DNA of 64,000 nucleotides. Origin: Octopus sinensis (lineage: Eukaryota). The stretch's first letter is position 1; each line of letters opens with the position of its first letter. A program made the translations under genes and the position numbers. The notes below the pieces were generated by a model, which ran no database searches, was not told where the DNA came from, and saw nothing but the letters and a program-made list of their open reading frames with translations. Where the stretch lies: positions 119,970,001-120,034,000 of the forward strand of contig NC_043002.1 of the NCBI RefSeq assembly GCF_006345805.1, given 5' to 3'. Shown piece by piece: positions 29,179 to 43,244 of this stretch.

Positions 29179-30593
29179 GTGAATCAATATATTTTATTAT
29201 ATGGTATTTAGCACAAACTCGCACTCATGTATAGTTATATGTTTGATTGTGTGTGCAATTGTGTTTATACAATTGTGTTTGTATAGTGGCGATTTGATAC
29301 GTACAGAGAATGGTAAGCGAAAAGAACGCAAAGTGATAGATTTACGGATGAATGGTAGTGGAAGAATTAAATAATGATTTTTCATTCCAACACAAATTTA
29401 TCTGCGGATAAATTGTCTAGTCGCTAGTCGGTCGAATCGATCCGAGTACATTAATGGCTATGATTTTTTTATTATTTATGCTGAGACATAAAATGTACAT
29501 TTGATCCCGACTTGCTTTGAACTTAGAACTCAGAAAATGAAACTCAATACTGTGTTTTAGTGCAAGGTTCTTCATCAAAAAATAAAGTAAGAGATATTAT
29601 GTATTAGAGTAATAAAAAAAGAAAAAATTGGAGAAAATGATAAATTAATGGTAAATTCTTTCAAGACATAATGAACTATATGGAGCAGGGGTGTTACGTT
29701 GTGAAAAGTTATGATGAGAAAAATAATAAAAGTATTAACTGACAAATAGAATTATTTTATGGTATAATTATTTATTCATCCCGAAGAAAAGTTCATGAAT
29801 AAATTCACAAATTTTGAAAAAGAAATCTACATCCAAAAATTAACAACTTTGCATAGCAAAGCATGGATGCTTGTACAAGCAAAGCTAACTCGTTAGCTAA
29901 AAACAATATTTTGCGTTAATGATTTATGATCTTTGTCGTTTCTTTCTGATTCCAACCTGACACCTTATCGATTTCATTGCAAAACATATTTATCATTTTT
30001 TTCATTAAGCCTATCATAGTTTGACAACAGTTAATTTTTGGTGAAATTTATTAGGTCACCTATTTTCTCTTATACATTTGCATTTTACCACATACTGCTA
30101 CACAGTTACAGACATCGCTTTTTTGTGTGTTTATATTAAATTTATACAGAAACAACTATTTTTCTGTGGTTCGAACAATGGTTTGTTAGATATGTCTAGA
30201 AATATTAATGATCAGTTTTGATCTTTTATACCATTTGCAAGAACATTACTGTTGTTAGAGAAGCAGTTGTAGCTAGAAAACAGTACTACTTTCTTGATAT
30301 CACTCCGCATATTGAGCGTTAAAAAGGTCGGTGTCCATCACGTATGAAGGAAGACTATATCAGCTAAGTTCTCAATGTCTCGTCCTATCAGTATGGGAAA
30401 GTGACATTCTATTCTTGGTTTAAAATACTATGAATATTTTCAACTATGTTAACTAAACCTCGTTGATTTATGAGCTAAACGATCCCTTTTCCTTCCGTAG
30501 AGACATCAATGAAAGGTATTTTTTCTGTAGAGTAGTTACAAGGAACTACACTAAACCATAATAACAATAATTATGATAACAATAATAATAGAA

Positions 30594-30624
<31 letters not shown>

Positions 30625-30643
30625 TAATAATAATAATAATAAC

Positions 30644-30682
<39 letters not shown>

Positions 30683-31656
30683 CATAATAATAATAATAGT
30701 ACAGAATAAATATACAATAACAGTAGTAATAACAACAAAAATATTAATAACAAAATGTCATGAGAATAACAAAATTTCTAACATCCTCAAAATATATATG
30801 TATAAAATATTCTATAGATCAGACGTTGGATATCAGTAGCAATATGCCGCAGTGTTATTATTTTACATTTATTTCAAATATTCTCTGTTTTTTTTTTCTT
30901 TTTGGAAGAAATTGTTAGAGAAGAAGTAATAGCAAAACTATATCTGCAAAATTATCATGCGGATCATGCAATATAACCGAAGAGGAATATTTTAATATTG
31001 CGAAACATTGCCGTGAGAAAATCTTATCAATGGTCAATGTGGCCGGTACCGGCGTCAGAAAATATCATTAGGTCTGATCTGGAAGTCATGCGGATCTTCG
31101 ATCGATCACTTCAAAAAGATGGTAGAGAATAACTGCCAAAATCTTTACCACGCGAAAGTCGCCATGTTTCTGAATTAGGCCTTGCACTGAAAAAAGATAA
31201 AAATAATAAACGAAATGAGAAAACTATAGTTATAACAAAAAGTATAACAATACTAAAACAAAGCACGCATATCAACATCGATGCAAAAAATAGAAATTTG
31301 GAATGATAAATTGATATCTCTTAAGATTGATATAGGCAGAGCAGATGAAATTCTTTACCAAAACAATTTTAGAGCTATTCGATTTCAAAAGTTAAAGGCA
31401 AACAGCGTGGTAGTTATAGAAAATATTCTTCGGAGTGAAATTTTACAGAGAAGCTCAGATTATATTTTCCTCTAAAAACTTTCACATTCATTGACTTATC
31501 TATCAATAAAGGTTTAAGAAGTTAAAAAATAGGACTCTTTATTTTCCGCAGAGAAAACAAGTTTTTAAAAAAATATTCTATCAGTTTAGTTAAAACAATA
31601 GGAATCTATGAAAAATGAAGAAAAACATTATACATAAGAAATTATTATTATATATT

Positions 31657-31731
<75 letters not shown>

Positions 31732-33339
31732 TATTATTATATTAAGAAGTTTTAAATTCCCTCGAAATGGTGTAATCATTTAAGATTTTTTCCTTGTTAT
31801 TCTTGTTGTTGCTCTTTCCTTATTGATTAGTTTGGGGTCAGCTGCAATTAAAGCAGAATTATGCCCACAGACATCCTAATCATGTCCATGGAGTTTCTTT
31901 TTGTTCGGACACCGTGTATTCTGATTACGTTATCCGATGAGGCCTTTCCTTTTATATTTCAGAGAAAATGGCTACTCTCTCTAGCTGTTGTTGTCATTGT
32001 TGGTTATTTTCTATAGGTGAAAGCCGTGATTAATCTATATGGGATATAAACACAAAGTGCAGAGTATACTGATTCAGAAGAATCGATAAATGAAGACATT
32101 TCTTCCTCCTCTTGAAGCATTTGTTCCTCCAGTGAGTTCTGACGGATGTATCTGCAGCATTAGTGTCAAGCTGTTTCAACCCTTACTTTTATCAAGGATA
32201 AACAAAAGTTTATATATACTCATTGTATCGCGAAATATTAAGATGTGCTAGATATTGTAGAGGTATCGTATAACAAGGGAAGACCAGCTCAAGGGAAGCC
32301 TAATGACAATGAATGCAATTGATCGAAAGATTAAGTGCAGCCTAGAGGTCGCATAATATATTGTGCAAGCTGTGATAGTCATTTAATAAATGCGTTGTAT
32401 GATGACATTCTGGTTATGATAAATTTTCCTTACTCTCTTTTGGTATTCCATTAGGTTCTGATGATATTCACAGTGGACACAGGACGTTGGGGACTCAGGA
32501 CGAAGGCAAACAAATGCTGTTAGTCTCCACATATTTTTGATGATGTATAACCTGGCAGTGGTCAGCGTTAATCAGAATTATTTATTGTTTCTGTTGTTTG
32601 CTTATAAGTATGATCCTTTATGCCTGTGGAATCTATCACGGTAAAGTACTCGTGTTTGCGACCTTGTAAATTTTTTTTCGTGGGTTGAAAATTACAAAGT
32701 TTATTGTTATTTCTGCAATGCACTGGCCTTAATAACAGAACATGAAGGCAAATACCAAATTTGATTCTTAATAAGTTATAAATGGGGTTGTAAACGTGAT
32801 GTAAAGGGAATGTTGAGGAAGACAAGCCAAATGATATGAATAATGGGATAGAAACATTGCACTACTGTCAGATACAGTCAGTGAGTTAAATATTTTGTTT
32901 GAAAAGGAAAGAAAAAACTACTGTTTTAGGATTCCATTTCTTTTCCTTTATACATTATAACTGCATCAAAGAAGGAGAATTTTGTTGCCAAGTAACTAAT
33001 TACTATACATGTGCATGTGTAACGATGTTTAAACATTTAGTTTGCACATAAAAGACAAGACTTATATACAAATACACATAAACAAACAAACATGCTAATA
33101 TTACAACTTGTTGCTGGTTGACGTTAAAAAATGCTTGAGTTCGCTGTGCAACGGAGTAGTAAAACACCCAAACAGAGGTAATCTCATAAGAAAAATCCAC
33201 CTGGCAATGCATTTACATTATTATCCTCTTAATAAGTAAAACATGCAACTTCAGTTTGCTAAAGCTTGATCAACATGTGTTCGCTCTTAATCTCTTCGAT
33301 TGTCTCTGGTTATCTGAAATATCTGATTGCATGCCACCA

Positions 33340-33483
33340 TCACACACAAACACCCACATTTACACGCACGCGCGCGCACACGTCCCCTCACGCACATACA
33401 CAATCGCATGCACACATATACACGCACGCGCCCGCGCACGCCCACGCACGCACACACATACACACAAACAAACACACACAAAT

Positions 33484-33521
<38 letters not shown>

Positions 33522-33785
33522 AATCACATACACACATATACACGCACGCGCGCGCACAGATCCTCGCACGCACACGCATGCACACAAACAAACACACACA
33601 AACGCACACACACATACACACGCACACACTCACACTTACACACACGTACACAATCACACACACATTTACACGCAGGCGCGCGCACACGTCCACGCACGCA
33701 CACACATACATACAAACAAACACCCACAAACGCACACACACACACAAACAAACACACACAAACGCACACACACATACACACAATC
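33340..33785. repeat. CA/CG-rich minisatellite with ~120-bp higher-order period
   Basis: Recurring ACACGCACGCGCGCGCAC...CACACAAACAAACACACACAAACGCACAC...ACAATCACA blocks. Confidence 0.75.
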
Positions 33786-33979
33786 CATATCCGAGAAAAT
33801 ACAGTAGGCTATACATATATTTATAAGGTAGAGAATATTTTAGTGAGGAAACACACGTGGTTGATATAATAAGAGAAAGAGGGAAGATGAAACAACACAG
33901 AAGATTTGTTCTACAGAATTTAAGAGTACATTAGGGCCATGATAATAAAGATATTATGCAATTTTGTACAAGACATATA

Positions 33980-34385
33980 GGCGCAGGAGTAGCTGTGTGG
34001 TAAGTAGCTTGTTTACCAACCACATGGTTCTGGATTCAGTCCCACTGCGTGGCATCTTGGGCAAGTGTCTTCTACTATAGCCTCGGGTCGACCAAAGCCT
34101 TGTGAGTGGATTTGGTAGACGGAAACTGAAAGAAGCCCGTCGTATATATGTATGTATATATATATAAATATGTGCGTGTGTGTGTTTGTGTGTCTGTGTT
34201 TGTCCCCCTGGCATTGCTTGACAACCGATGCTGGTGTGCTTATGTCCCGGTTACTTAGCGGTTCGGCAAAAGAGACCGATAGAATAAGTACTGGGCTTAC
34301 AAAAGAATAAGTCCCGGGGTCGAGTTGCTCAATTAAAGGCGGTGCTCCAGCATGGCCGCAGTCAAATGACTGAAACAAGTAAAAA
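33980..34385 (+). mobile_element. SINE family A, full length
   Basis: GGCGCAGGAGT head, internal (TA)(TG) microsatellite, GACTGAAACAAGTAAAA end; AAGACA flanking duplication. Confidence 0.9.
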
Positions 34386-35219
34386 AAAAAAAGACAAATT
34401 TTGTTCCTTCAACATATTGCAGTACGCATTGCTCATCAAACCGAGATTTGAAAGAGATTAATTGCTAGGGGAGATAATTGTTCACTCATTTATTTTGCAG
34501 TAAATGCGAGATAAATCTATATTTTTTCTTTTCTTTTTCTTTTTTTTGTGTTCACTGCTTTATTCTGGGCTGACATCTTCCATTTGATAGGGTATATTTA
34601 TTTCTAATATGGTTTCATATTCAATTCTAGCTTATATTTTTGGTTAAACAAGGCATTTCAATTCAGTTTTACTTGCGTTGAGGTTCAGAAGGCAAGTTGA
34701 TAAAATGGAAAAATTTCGAATTGTGGTTGTCATCGTTCTGCACATTCGTCAATTCGATCAAATCTAACTTCCTTTGCGCCTCTCAAAACCTCATTTACGT
34801 AATCAGATGCTTGGGTTGCCATTGAAATCATATTGGCTCAACAGAAAATTCGAACCGAAAGTGATGTACGGTCCACATACAATAAATTTCCTCCTCACAA
34901 TATCGCCAAATATACCTCAGTCAACACATTGACTAACGTGCAGAACGATTACAACCACAATTTGAAATTTTCCTATTTTATCAACTTGCTTTCTTGACCT
35001 CAACGCAAGTAAGACTGAATAAAGAAGCCTCGTTTATCCAAAAAATATAAATCAGTATTAAATATGAAACCATATTAAAAATAAAGGACCTACCCTATCT
35101 AATGGAAGATGTAAGCCAGAATAAAGAAGAGAACAAAAAATGCAAATTACAGATTTACCTCCTCTTTACTGGAAAATTATTGAGTGAACAATTATCTCCC
35201 CTAGCAATATATGTTTTTT

Positions 35220-35634
35220 CGGATCTTTTCGGTTTGAACGGCAGTTTTTAACATAATTTCTAGGTAACTAAAAAATTTTAAACTTCGTATACTGGTAGAA
35301 TGTGTTTATAAAACATCTTTTTGTCTTGGCTTTATTGAGAAAATTATATAGTTTGTAAGATATTTGTTGTTTCATTTCTTCAATTTCTGCAATTTCAACC
35401 AATCACTGACCTCTATTGAGGTAAAAAAACATTCTGTGCCGTATGAATATGTCTCTCGTTTAAGAAACAGATTGGGTTTATTTACATTTGTGAAGAAAAA
35501 AGATTCCCTTCCCCCCATCTCTAACCCTAACACTAATTAACCCTAACTAACCCTAACCCTAAAATTAATTGAAATGCAATAGATCGATACTAGGGTCATA
35601 AATATGGGTCAAAATTTCAAACCGAAAAGATCCG
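35220..35634. mobile_element. MITE with 19-bp perfect TIRs and internal telomere-like repeats
   Basis: CGGATCTTTTCGGTTTGAA ... TTCAAACCGAAAAGATCCG; T6 on both flanks; (CCCTAA)-like repeats at ~35520-35562. Confidence 0.8.
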
Positions 35635-35915
35635 TTTTTTACCCTAGTAATTTATTTATTTCAAATCTCAGTTTGATGAACAATGGGAAACCGGTCCTTA
35701 CTTCTATTATGTTGAAAGAACAAAACATTTTGTACAAAATTGTATATTTCTTAACATGGCTCTAATATACTCTTAAACCCTGTAAAACAAATCTGTATTT
35801 TTTCATCTTATCTCTTTCTCTATTTATATGTGTGTATACTACATATATACATATATATATATATATATATGAATACATACATACACACATTTATACATCC
35901 ATACATATACATGTA

Positions 35916-35947
<32 letters not shown>

Positions 35948-36184
35948 TATATATAATATATATATAATTCATTTATTTATTTCGAGGTCACAATACAAGT
36001 ATAAAGCACCACTAATAGTTTCTTATGTTGAGAAAAATAGTCTTCACGTAAACCACTTATCATAACAAACTAAAGAAATTGTGACCTTTAAATAGATAAT
36101 ATTGATCTCTCACCAAATGGAGTACTTATTTGTTGAATTCTCTATCACAGATCATGACATTATATATATAAATATATATAAAAA

Positions 36185-36435
36185 TAAATAAATAAATGCG
36201 CCCTTTTTTTTTAAAAGCCTAGCCAGGCTCACGGCCCCGGTTTCTATGGAGTGTGTATTCCCCAACTGGACGGGACACCAGTCCATCACAGCGTTACTCA
36301 TTTGTGCCAGCTGAGTGGACTGGAGCAACGTGAAGTGAAGTGTTTTGGTCAAGAACACAACGCGTCGCCCGGTCCAGGAATGGAAACCACAATCTTACGA
36401 TCATGGTGCTACACCCTAACCACTAAGCCACGCCC
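36185..36435 (-). mobile_element. tRNA-headed SINE (family B head, third tail type)
   Basis: Head GGCGTGGCTTAGTGGTTAGGG, core TTCACGTTGCTCCAGTCCACTCAGCTGGC, (ATTT)n tail. Confidence 0.8.
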
Positions 36436-36471
36436 TACCACACACACACGCGCATTATATATATATATATA

Positions 36472-36552
<81 letters not shown>

Positions 36553-36578
36553 TATTAGATATATCTATATAGATATAT

Positions 36579-36610
<32 letters not shown>

Positions 36611-36617
36611 TAGATAG

Positions 36618-36655
<38 letters not shown>

Positions 36656-36679
36656 TATTAGATAGTATATATATAACTT

Positions 36680-36832
36680 GTCTGTGTAGGTAAAGAAGTT
36701 TGCTTCCCAACCATATGGTATTGGGCTCAGTCCTACTGCGTGGCATCTTGGGCAAGTGTCTTCTACTAAAACCTCGAGATGACCAAAACCTTGCTGGTGG
36801 ATTTGGTTGACGGAACCTAAAAGAAGGCCGTC

Positions 36833-36870
<38 letters not shown>

Positions 36871-37130
36871 ATACGTGTGTGTATTTAAGTCTATGTCTCT
36901 GTATGTTTGTGTCTTTGTCTTTGTGTTTCTGCCTCCCCCTCCCATCACCACATGACAACAAGTATTGCTGTGTTTGGTTCGTTGTAATTTAGCGGTCTGT
37001 CAAAAGAAACTGATAGAATAAGTAGTAGGCTTAAAATAATTCCTGGTGTCGATTTGTTCGACTAAAACCCTTTAAGGCGGTGCTCCAGCATAGCCCAAGT
37101 CAAGTGACTGAAACAAATACTTAAAGAATA
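36680..37130 (+). mobile_element. SINE family A, diverged
   Basis: CTGCGTGGCATCTTGGGCAAGTGTCTTCTAC ... GGCGGTGCTCCAGCAT. Confidence 0.8.
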
Positions 37131-37274
37131 AAAATTAAAGAATATATGAGGTGGGGTTGGTGAACCAATAGACTCCTGTGAGCCTAAGACAATTTCTTTT
37201 GTTTTTTTTCCTGAATAGTTGTCGCTGAGAAATGAATGTTTGCACATGTATGTATGTGTTTGAATGTGTATATA

Positions 37275-37321
<47 letters not shown>

Positions 37322-37326
<5 letters not shown>

Positions 37327-37497
37327 TACCGGAGTAAACAAATAAATGTGAACCAAGGTGGAAAAAAGAGTACTAAATACCAGTGGTAGGTTAATATGCT
37401 TTATTTAAAGCAGCAGAAAATTCAACAAAACCTGTTACTCTGAGTTTCGCGTTGCCGTTCCAGGTTTTGTTGAATTTTCTGCTGCTTTAAATAAAGT
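37322..37497 (-). mobile_element. Penelope-like hairpin fragment with truncated hammerhead
   Basis: Perfect 36-bp arms 37399-37434 / 37461-37496; loop reads (-) GA ACG-GCAA-CGC GAAA CTC-A-GAG TA; in (TA)n. Confidence 0.6.
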
Positions 37498-37640
37498 ATA
37501 TATATTTATATATATATATATATATCATATATATATATATTATATACATTATATACATATATGTGTGTGTGTATGTATGTATATATATATATATTATATA
37601 TATATAATAATATATATATATGTATGTATGTATATATATA

Positions 37641-37679
<39 letters not shown>

Positions 37680-39609
37680 CATACATATATATATAGCAAG
37701 AGAGAGAGAGGGTGAGGGGGGAGAGGGAGGGAGAGAAATGGAGGAAAGAAAGCAAGGTAACAATAAATGAGTAAATAAAGAAGGAATAAAGTGAGTGGAA
37801 TATTCTAATTCTCAAGTGAACATTTGCTTCGTTTTTTTTTTTTTTAATCGCAAAAATATGGGCAAGAAAATTTAATTAAATAGATTTTAAACGCATATTA
37901 TAATTAAGCCTGACGCCCTGTTACGTTATTGTCCGCCTATAGCCGAACTTACTAGACACTTCACTTATTATGTGTACACGAATTCCTTCAGTAATAAATC
38001 TGAATAGTGTTCATTAGTTTAGTATCCCAGCTAATAATTATTGATTTCTCCAGATACATATATGGTCAAAAGTGTTGTAGAGTAACTAAACATCCTCTAA
38101 TACAGACGTGGCAACCTAAATATACTCTACAGCAATAAGACGCAGTCACTACACATGTTAATGAAACACTCATGTAACTTATATTCTTTATACATGACCA
38201 ACTTCGATGTAACCCATGGAAAGTCACGGACCATCGAGATATCCACAAAGTAGTCATTATATCTTCCAGAAATGGTAAATACATCTTCCTTGGAATAATA
38301 TAACGTCTTTAAAAATGACACATTGGACAATGTGGTACAAGCTATTTAAGTTCACATGCTGTTCATGGCCGGAATATTCTTCCGTTGTAATCTTACTGAC
38401 GTTCTTCTTCAATGGACTTGGGTCAAGGCCACACATTATTTCTAATAAAGATGTTGTTTAATTTCGTGTCAAACCTGGTCGTGTAGACCTATAACCAAAG
38501 GCTTTTCAGTCAAGATCACCGCATATGTCTCACTCGTAGAAAGAAATCAGGACCACACAACCCAATGCGTTTTTTCTATTGGATCGGGAGCCCAGGTAAA
38601 AATCCATCATTAGCTCGGTAATCCTAATAATTCAATTGGGTAACCTCAAATTACCAAATCTGCACCGCAAATCTGTTATCACTCATTTCATTTCGACTGC
38701 AGAAAAGAAAGAAAAGATAAATCAGCTCTTATGTGATAGGTGTTACAAAATTCAAAAGATCGTGCCCACAGATGTGCGATTTGCACTTCTGAGCTATTTC
38801 AACAGTTATGTACAAACATCATATAACCATATGGAGAAGAATGTTATTTGATTACAAAATCCCTACGAATATATTCCAATTGCTAGTCTACTACTGCATG
38901 TTTACCCTCTATCCGTTAAAAAAATTATTACAATTGCCTCAGCTTTTCGGAACTGACTAAAAGCATAATTTTAGTATATTGATTCATCTAATTCTTCACT
39001 TTTTACTTCAACTCGTTCAGTATGAAAGAATATTAGCTTAGTAGTCCTTGAGTGATTTGTAGTACTTTAATGACAGTACGATAAAAATGCAGGGTCCCGA
39101 CTATTTGAAAGTATCACCAGGGTATCTGAAATATGAATAATGTTACCACCTTCAAATAGTTAACTGACGGACCAACTATCACCACTGGTAGAACAAAAGA
39201 AGTAACGCCGCCGTTGAACCATCGAAGTCACACACAGTACTCGATTTTAATAAACTGTGTATCAAGTGTCCGTGCGTGCGTGTGTGTGTGTGTGTGTGTG
39301 TGTGGCTGCGCTCATGTTTGTACGTGTCATATCCTTCACCTCTTCTTTCAGTCACTTAACTGCGCCCATGTTAGAGCACCGCCTCGAAGGATTTGAGTTA
39401 AATAAAGATCCCGGTAATTATTCTATCAAACTCTTTTAACGAACCGTTGCAGAGAGTTAAAGAAACATCATCATAAACATCGCATATACACACACACTCA
39501 CATGCATATTATACCTACAGGTATGTATGTATGTATGTATGTATGTATGTATGTATGTATTTATGTATGTATGTATGTATGTATATTTATATATTCGTAT
39601 ATATATAGA

Positions 39610-39651
<42 letters not shown>

Positions 39652-39689
39652 AAGAGAGGGATATATATACACATATATATAAATATATA

Positions 39690-39807
39690 TACATGAATGT
39701 ATGTTATATATATATATTTAATATACATATATATATATATAAGGCATGCGTGTATGTTATATTTATTATTCTATATATGTATTGTATATGTATATATATA
39801 TATGTAC

Positions 39808-39872
<65 letters not shown>

Positions 39873-39928
39873 GTACATATATATATATATACACATACAT
39901 ACATATATATATATGAATATATATTCAT

Positions 39929-39971
<43 letters not shown>

Positions 39972-40020
39972 CTATATATATATATATGATATATATTCAT
40001 ATATATATATATTCCATATA

Positions 40021-40059
<39 letters not shown>

Positions 40060-40118
40060 TATATATACATACCTACATATATATATATATGAATATATAT
40101 TCATATATATATATAATG

Positions 40119-40157
<39 letters not shown>

Positions 40158-40182
40158 ATATATTCATATATATATATATATG
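39690..40182. repeat. Long degenerate (TA)n microsatellite
   Basis: Directly visible. Confidence 0.95.
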
Positions 40183-41200
40183 AATTTTAGAAGTTTCATT
40201 CGTCCAGGATGTTAACACGCACGCATGATGTAAAGTTCGTGTTTCGAGAAAGATTTTCATTTTGATGAAATTATATACTCTAAAATAACTATTTCTCTTT
40301 CGTTGACAAACTGAGACGTGCGCGCGCGTATATTTTTACTGCATTTGTATATTTATCTATATTCTGTATTGGTAGCATGGTCGTCTGGATATTTTTGTAT
40401 TCTATCTGAGTAGATGTTTGCGAAGATATTTTTTATTTGTTCTTGTATTCTCCTTCATCATATATAAAAAGATTTATCTCACTCATACCAACTCAGAGAC
40501 AGAATCATAGAACCAACAAACAGAACCACGTAGAATTTTATATTATTATTATATTAGCAGACGTTACCTCCATTCAATATATTTCTGTATATTTGAGTAT
40601 GTGTGATTTTTATACATGTGTGATTTTTATATCATTAATATTTGCAAACATATCCTGTACGTTTAAAAGCATTTTGTTTATATTTTTGCACCGGTGTCAC
40701 TCTGTAGTTTTTGTATATCCTGAAAGTAGATTCTGAAATAACTCAGAAAGTTTGTGCAGTCATATCACATAGATGAATTAGGTGAGACTTCGCAGCGTCA
40801 AAATATTTGCTACACTCGACTCGTCTCTGACCATCTGTTTCATGTTCAAGTGTCTAGGGGATTACTTGTCATTCGTATTACATAGGGTGGCATAATAATT
40901 ATCTGTTATATACAAGAGTCCATTAAGATGACAATGTTACTCACCTTTCAAAATTTGCTCATGTTACTTGTTAAGTGAATTAATCTGCTCTTTGCCTCCC
41001 TCTATTTATATCCATACGTACAAACTCACATCCATATGTGTGTGTGTATGTATGTATATTTGCATAGCACGCTTACAGCCACCCACACTCCCACACATAC
41101 ACACACATATACACATATATATACACACACATACATACATACATACATACATACATACATACATACATACATAAATATATATATATATATATATATATTA

Positions 41201-41610
41201 CTCGTTTACTAGTTTACTTGTTTCAGTCCTTTGACTGCGGCCATGCTGGAGCACCGCCTTTTAGTTGAGCAAATCGACCCCGGGACTTATTCTTTGTGAG
41301 CCCAGTACTTATTCTATCGGTCTATTTTGTCGAACCGCTAAGTGACGGGGACGTAAACACACCAGCATCGGTTGTCAAGCAATGCTAGGGAGACAAACAC
41401 AGACACACAAACATGCACACACACATACATATATACATATACATATATACGACGGGCTTCTTTCAGTTTCCGTCTACCAAATCCACTCACAATGCTTTGG
41501 TCGGCCCGAGGCTATAGTAGAAGACACTTGCCCAAGATGCCACGCAGTAGGACTGAACCCGGAACCATGTGGTTAGTAAGCAAGCTACTTACCACACAGC
41601 CACTCCTATA
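41201..41610 (-). mobile_element. SINE family A, full length
   Basis: Reverse complement of the 33980-34385 sequence. Confidence 0.9.
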
Positions 41611-43149
41611 TATATCAAGGAACAATAACAACGGACGACGATGAAAACATGCAGACAGATGGACAATACAATGACGGCCATGAAGACCATTCGTGGCTTT
41701 TTATTCATTACTCAAGATTCCAATTATCACTACAGTTTCGGCCTGTTACACTTGAGACTGTTAAAAATTGGTAGGCCCCAAAAGTCTAAGCTAAGGGCAT
41801 TAAAATTTGGGATGAAAGCGGAAAATATGCGTAACAACATGAACGAAAAAAACGAGAAAACGGAGAAAATGTTACACGATTACAAAACAAACAACAAGAA
41901 TAGCAATAGGTGTCTTGCGACTAAAAGGAGAAGTTAAGTTAAGCTGGTGTTTGAAGTGGAAATCTGAAGGCAATAAACATAGGTGAAGGTCAGGAGACAA
42001 GAAAAGAAGGTGTTGTGCGAGTGGCGGTCAGGCCAAGAAAGAACGATCATGCTTGGCTGAGCACCGGTCACGTGAGAGGAACAGAGAGAGGTAGGGAGCA
42101 GAGGGATTGAAGAATTAGAGAAGGAACTAATGCCAAGAAAGTGAGAAAGGAGGAGCAAGAAAAAGAAAAGAGGAAAGAAAGAAGAAAACCATACAGAATT
42201 TAGATATATACTTACAAGCTGAGCAAAAGGTGTACGCACGCCGTATGCATCTATACGTATACACACGCACAAATCGGAAGAGAGAGACGTACAAACGGAC
42301 ATACTGAGTGAGAAAGAGAAAAATATATCGTGGCATTCGGTTCCTTTCTTTTACAACTTCAGTCCAATTCCGAGGAAGTCAACATGGTTTAATCATTTTT
42401 TTGTGGGATGGCGGAGGGCGATAAAATAAGAGTCGGTCTACAAATACTGTGGCCAATTAAATCAATTATACCCTTGAAGGTTTTATTTCAGTATGGCCTC
42501 AATCCAATGACTGAAACTAGTACAACAATAAAGGAACAAAAGAAAACCAAATAATGTTCATCAGAAATTGCAACATTTCTTGGTAAGAATATTCGAATTT
42601 GCTTCTGTATCAAAGTAAATATTGTTTGTATTAGAACTTTGTTTACAATATATAGTTTCTATGTAACATAGCAGGTTCGGTTAAATGAGTCGCTGTAAGA
42701 AAACGGCAGTAAATATAATTATCGTAAGACATTTCTATCTTCATTATTGAATTAAGTACCGTGAACACTATTATAGTTTCTGCGATAAATGTATTCTAAA
42801 ACACTGACTACTGAAATCTGAAAGATCAAAAACATCGATGTTACATATCTTTCTCCAATACAACAGGTATCTAGAAAGATAGAGAATATAAGTAAATAGG
42901 TAAATCTGACGAGCTAAGCGGCCTTGTCCTCGTAATTTTTTTCCCCGGCTGTTTACTGCAGTTTCTTTAATATCTCTCTTTAGATATCTGGTAATTATGA
43001 TAGTATTTCAAGGGAGACATTATATGAAGATACCTAGCTTAGTCGATAGTAAACACAAAAACCATTTTGGTCGGAAATAGCCTGCCTACGCTCACATGTA
43101 TATATATATGCATACATATACACACAAACATATATATAGACATACATGC

Positions 43150-43193
<44 letters not shown>

Positions 43194-43244
43194 ATGTATA
43201 CATGCGTGTGGTGTGTGCTTATACTTACATAAAATATAAATATT

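Larger units (their letters stand above)
33872..35820. mobile_element. Old foldback/MITE-like element with ~470-bp inverted arms and two nested insertions
   Basis: Left arm 33872-33975 + 34393-34755 pairs with right arm 34929-35208 + 35641-35820; spacer ~170 bp. Confidence 0.75.

Noticed and set aside
35520-35562. Telomeric repeat suggesting a chromosome end or fusion
   Set aside because: Only a few degenerate units, internal to a TIR element
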